From Thecamonas trahens ATCC 50062 (taxonomy: Eukaryota > Protista > Apusomonadida): DNA of 63,830 bases. Positions 62,101-63,830 of the stretch are shown here, one piece after another. Positions within the stretch are counted from its first letter, which is position 1. The number at the start of each line of letters is the position of its first letter. The notes under the pieces are model-generated. The model worked only from the letters and a program-made list of their open reading frames with translations, did no database searches and had not been told where the DNA came from. A program made the translations under genes and the position numbers. The DNA lies in assembly GCF_000142905.1 (NCBI RefSeq), contig NW_013657646.1, positions 182,367-246,196 of the forward strand, in the 5' to 3' direction.

Positions 62101-63601
62101 GAGATGGTGGCGGCGGAGGAGATGGCGGCGGCGGAGGAGATGGCGGCGGCGGAGGAGATGGCGGCGGCGGAGGAGATGGCGGCGGCGGAGGAGATGGCGG
62201 CGGAGGAGGAGATGGCGGCGGCGGAGGAGATGGCGGCGGAGGAGGAGATGGCGGCGGAGGAGGAGATGGCGGCGGCGGAGGAGATGGTGGTGGAGGTGGT
62301 GAAGGCATCGGTGAACACGACGACGGGGCGGTTCCGGTGCAGGACCATCCGGCCTCGACAGCACACAATGACGAGCAGCCATCGCCGGCAACAGCTCCGC
62401 CATCGTCGCAGGACTCGGTGCCCTCGACATACCCGTCGCCACAGGTGACGGGGGCAGGGGAGGTGGTGTAGGTGAGTGGTGGGAACTTGCGCGGCTGGGA
62501 GCAGATGCCAGCTCCCGGGAGGCCACCACAGCCAATGCCGGCCTCGTTGGGCGACACCTCGCTGTCAAGGCGAAAGAGGCCAATCAAGCCGGTCTCGCAT
62601 CCGGTGAGCGTAGCGAGGCGATCACCGTCGATCTCTGCTGCCGTCCGCGAGTAGTTCCACACCCGCATATCCCACATGCGATCGGCCACTTCCCAGCGCA
62701 TGCGATAGTAGCCGATGTTGAGGCCGAGGCCGCTCGACGAGAGCGTGTATGGCGAGCTGCTCTGCTGCAGGACCAGGGTTGTCTTGGGCATGCCGTCAAC
62801 AAAGATAGACCACGTTCCGGTGCCAGAGTCAAAGACGCCCGCCAGATGGACGTCGACGCCCGGCGATGCCGAGCCGGTCGGAGCTTGCGCCTCGTAGTAG
62901 CCAAACCCGCCGGTGGCCTGGAACCCAATGGTCCGGTGGGCCTCGTTCGTAGTGCCAGGCTGGTCAAAGATGTCATCGCCGAGAAAGCGGATGATAAAAT
63001 CGGTGGTGGTGGAGTGGAACGAGAAGATGTCGACGCGAGAGGTCATGGCAGTGGTGTCGAGGCGGAGGTTGAACTCAAAGGTGGCGTCACCGACGATTTC
63101 CAGCGACGGCCAGCTGCCGGTCGGCGGCTCAGAGTACGAGCACTCAGGCGTGGCCAACGGCGACGGCGGACCGGGGCTTGATGCCGAAAACGTCTTGCGC
63201 GCCCAGTTGATCGAGTACCCGGTCCTTGTGGTGAAGCTGTTCGACTGGAAGACGACGACAACCTGCGAGGCCTCAAAGTACATGGTCTTGCCCGCAGCCT
63301 CGTTCCCGGTTACACGGATCTTGAGAAACTCGGCACTCGGAATGGTCGTCCCTTCGTAGATGTACATGTAATCAAAGCCGTTCTCGAGGTCAAAGGTGTT
63401 GAAGACGAGCTCGATGCCGCCATGGACAAAGTCAAAGGTGTAGCTGCAGTCTGCATTGTTGATGTAACTGGAGCCTGGCGTGGCAATGGTGCCTGATGTC
63501 GCGGACCCCACAGAAGTGTAGCTCTCATCAGAGCAAGCAAACACACCAGTGGCCAGGCAAAGTACGAGGAAAGCAAACCAACGCCCTGTCCTCTGCAACA
63601 T
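59118..63601 (-). CDS. Receptor-type class III nucleotide cyclase: signal peptide, CUB, LamG/pentraxin, Cys-rich CGDG repeats, (SPPPPP)15, DxCGVC repeats, TM, cyclase; apparent frameshift at 61036-61040
   Basis: YINNADCSY..FDLENGFDYM (CUB); HLAGVFD..DMRVWNYSR (LamG); CGDG..ESCDDG; TDIESSTMLWE, YEFKTEGDAF, VRMGVHVG, GGQIMVS. Confidence 0.88.
62031..62301 (-). repeat. 18-bp coding tandem repeat, about 15 x SPPPPP
   Basis: gatggcggcggcggagga units on the + strand. Confidence 0.95.
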
Positions 63602-63830
63602 GTTCTGCCTTCTGATGGCGTAGAAGTGCTTGCAACCACAGCACCAAAAAATGTGCGTCGTTGGGAAAAAAATGGTCGAGAGAACGTGAGGAAGGAAGTC
63701 GGGGGTGGTGGAGCAGCCCTAATTGCGACCAAGGTGGGATACAAGTCCACGGTGGTGTGCGGGGCAAGGGAGGCGGGAGGAGGGAGGGGAGGGGGGAGGG
63801 GAGGGAGGGAGGGGAAGGGGGGGGGGGGGT

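Noticed and set aside
1-63830. tRNA, rRNA, transposase or retroelement genes
   Set aside because: No recognisable motifs seen by eye; a covariance-model and repeat search would be needed to exclude them fully.

Overview
This is GC-rich, gene-dense, intron-poor eukaryotic nuclear DNA with six N-gaps. Gene content and style suggest a unicellular relative of opisthokonts such as the apusomonad Thecamonas; that is an inference, not verified. About 33 protein-coding genes can be supported. They include a NEK-like kinase, a CCCH+PUF RNA-binding protein, SIN1 (TORC2), Sgf11/ATXN7L3, DUF445, FKBP2, a HAUS1-like protein, histones H1 and H3, cytochrome c1, ITPA, glycerol kinase, an HLH protein, Fcf2, PARP, OAT, eIF1, GAPDH, several Cys-rich surface proteins and a receptor-type class III cyclase. 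Seven genes are split by single-base frameshifts, six at 4-5 nt mononucleotide runs, most likely sequencing errors. Most interesting signals: (1) a PB1 + polyproline + five-tandem-WH2 protein, a candidate self-polymerising actin nucleator; (2) an adjacent 10 x 51-bp tandem array whose variants are all silent in one extremely hydrophobic 17-aa frame; (3) a divergent H1/H3 pair in which a variant H3 has a perfect histone 3' stem-loop and a triple palindromic promoter element; (4) a receptor cyclase missing the catalytic Asn/Arg; (5) an acidic scaffold with repeated LD-like and LIR-like motifs. No prokaryotic-type elements, CRISPR, tRNA or rRNA were seen.
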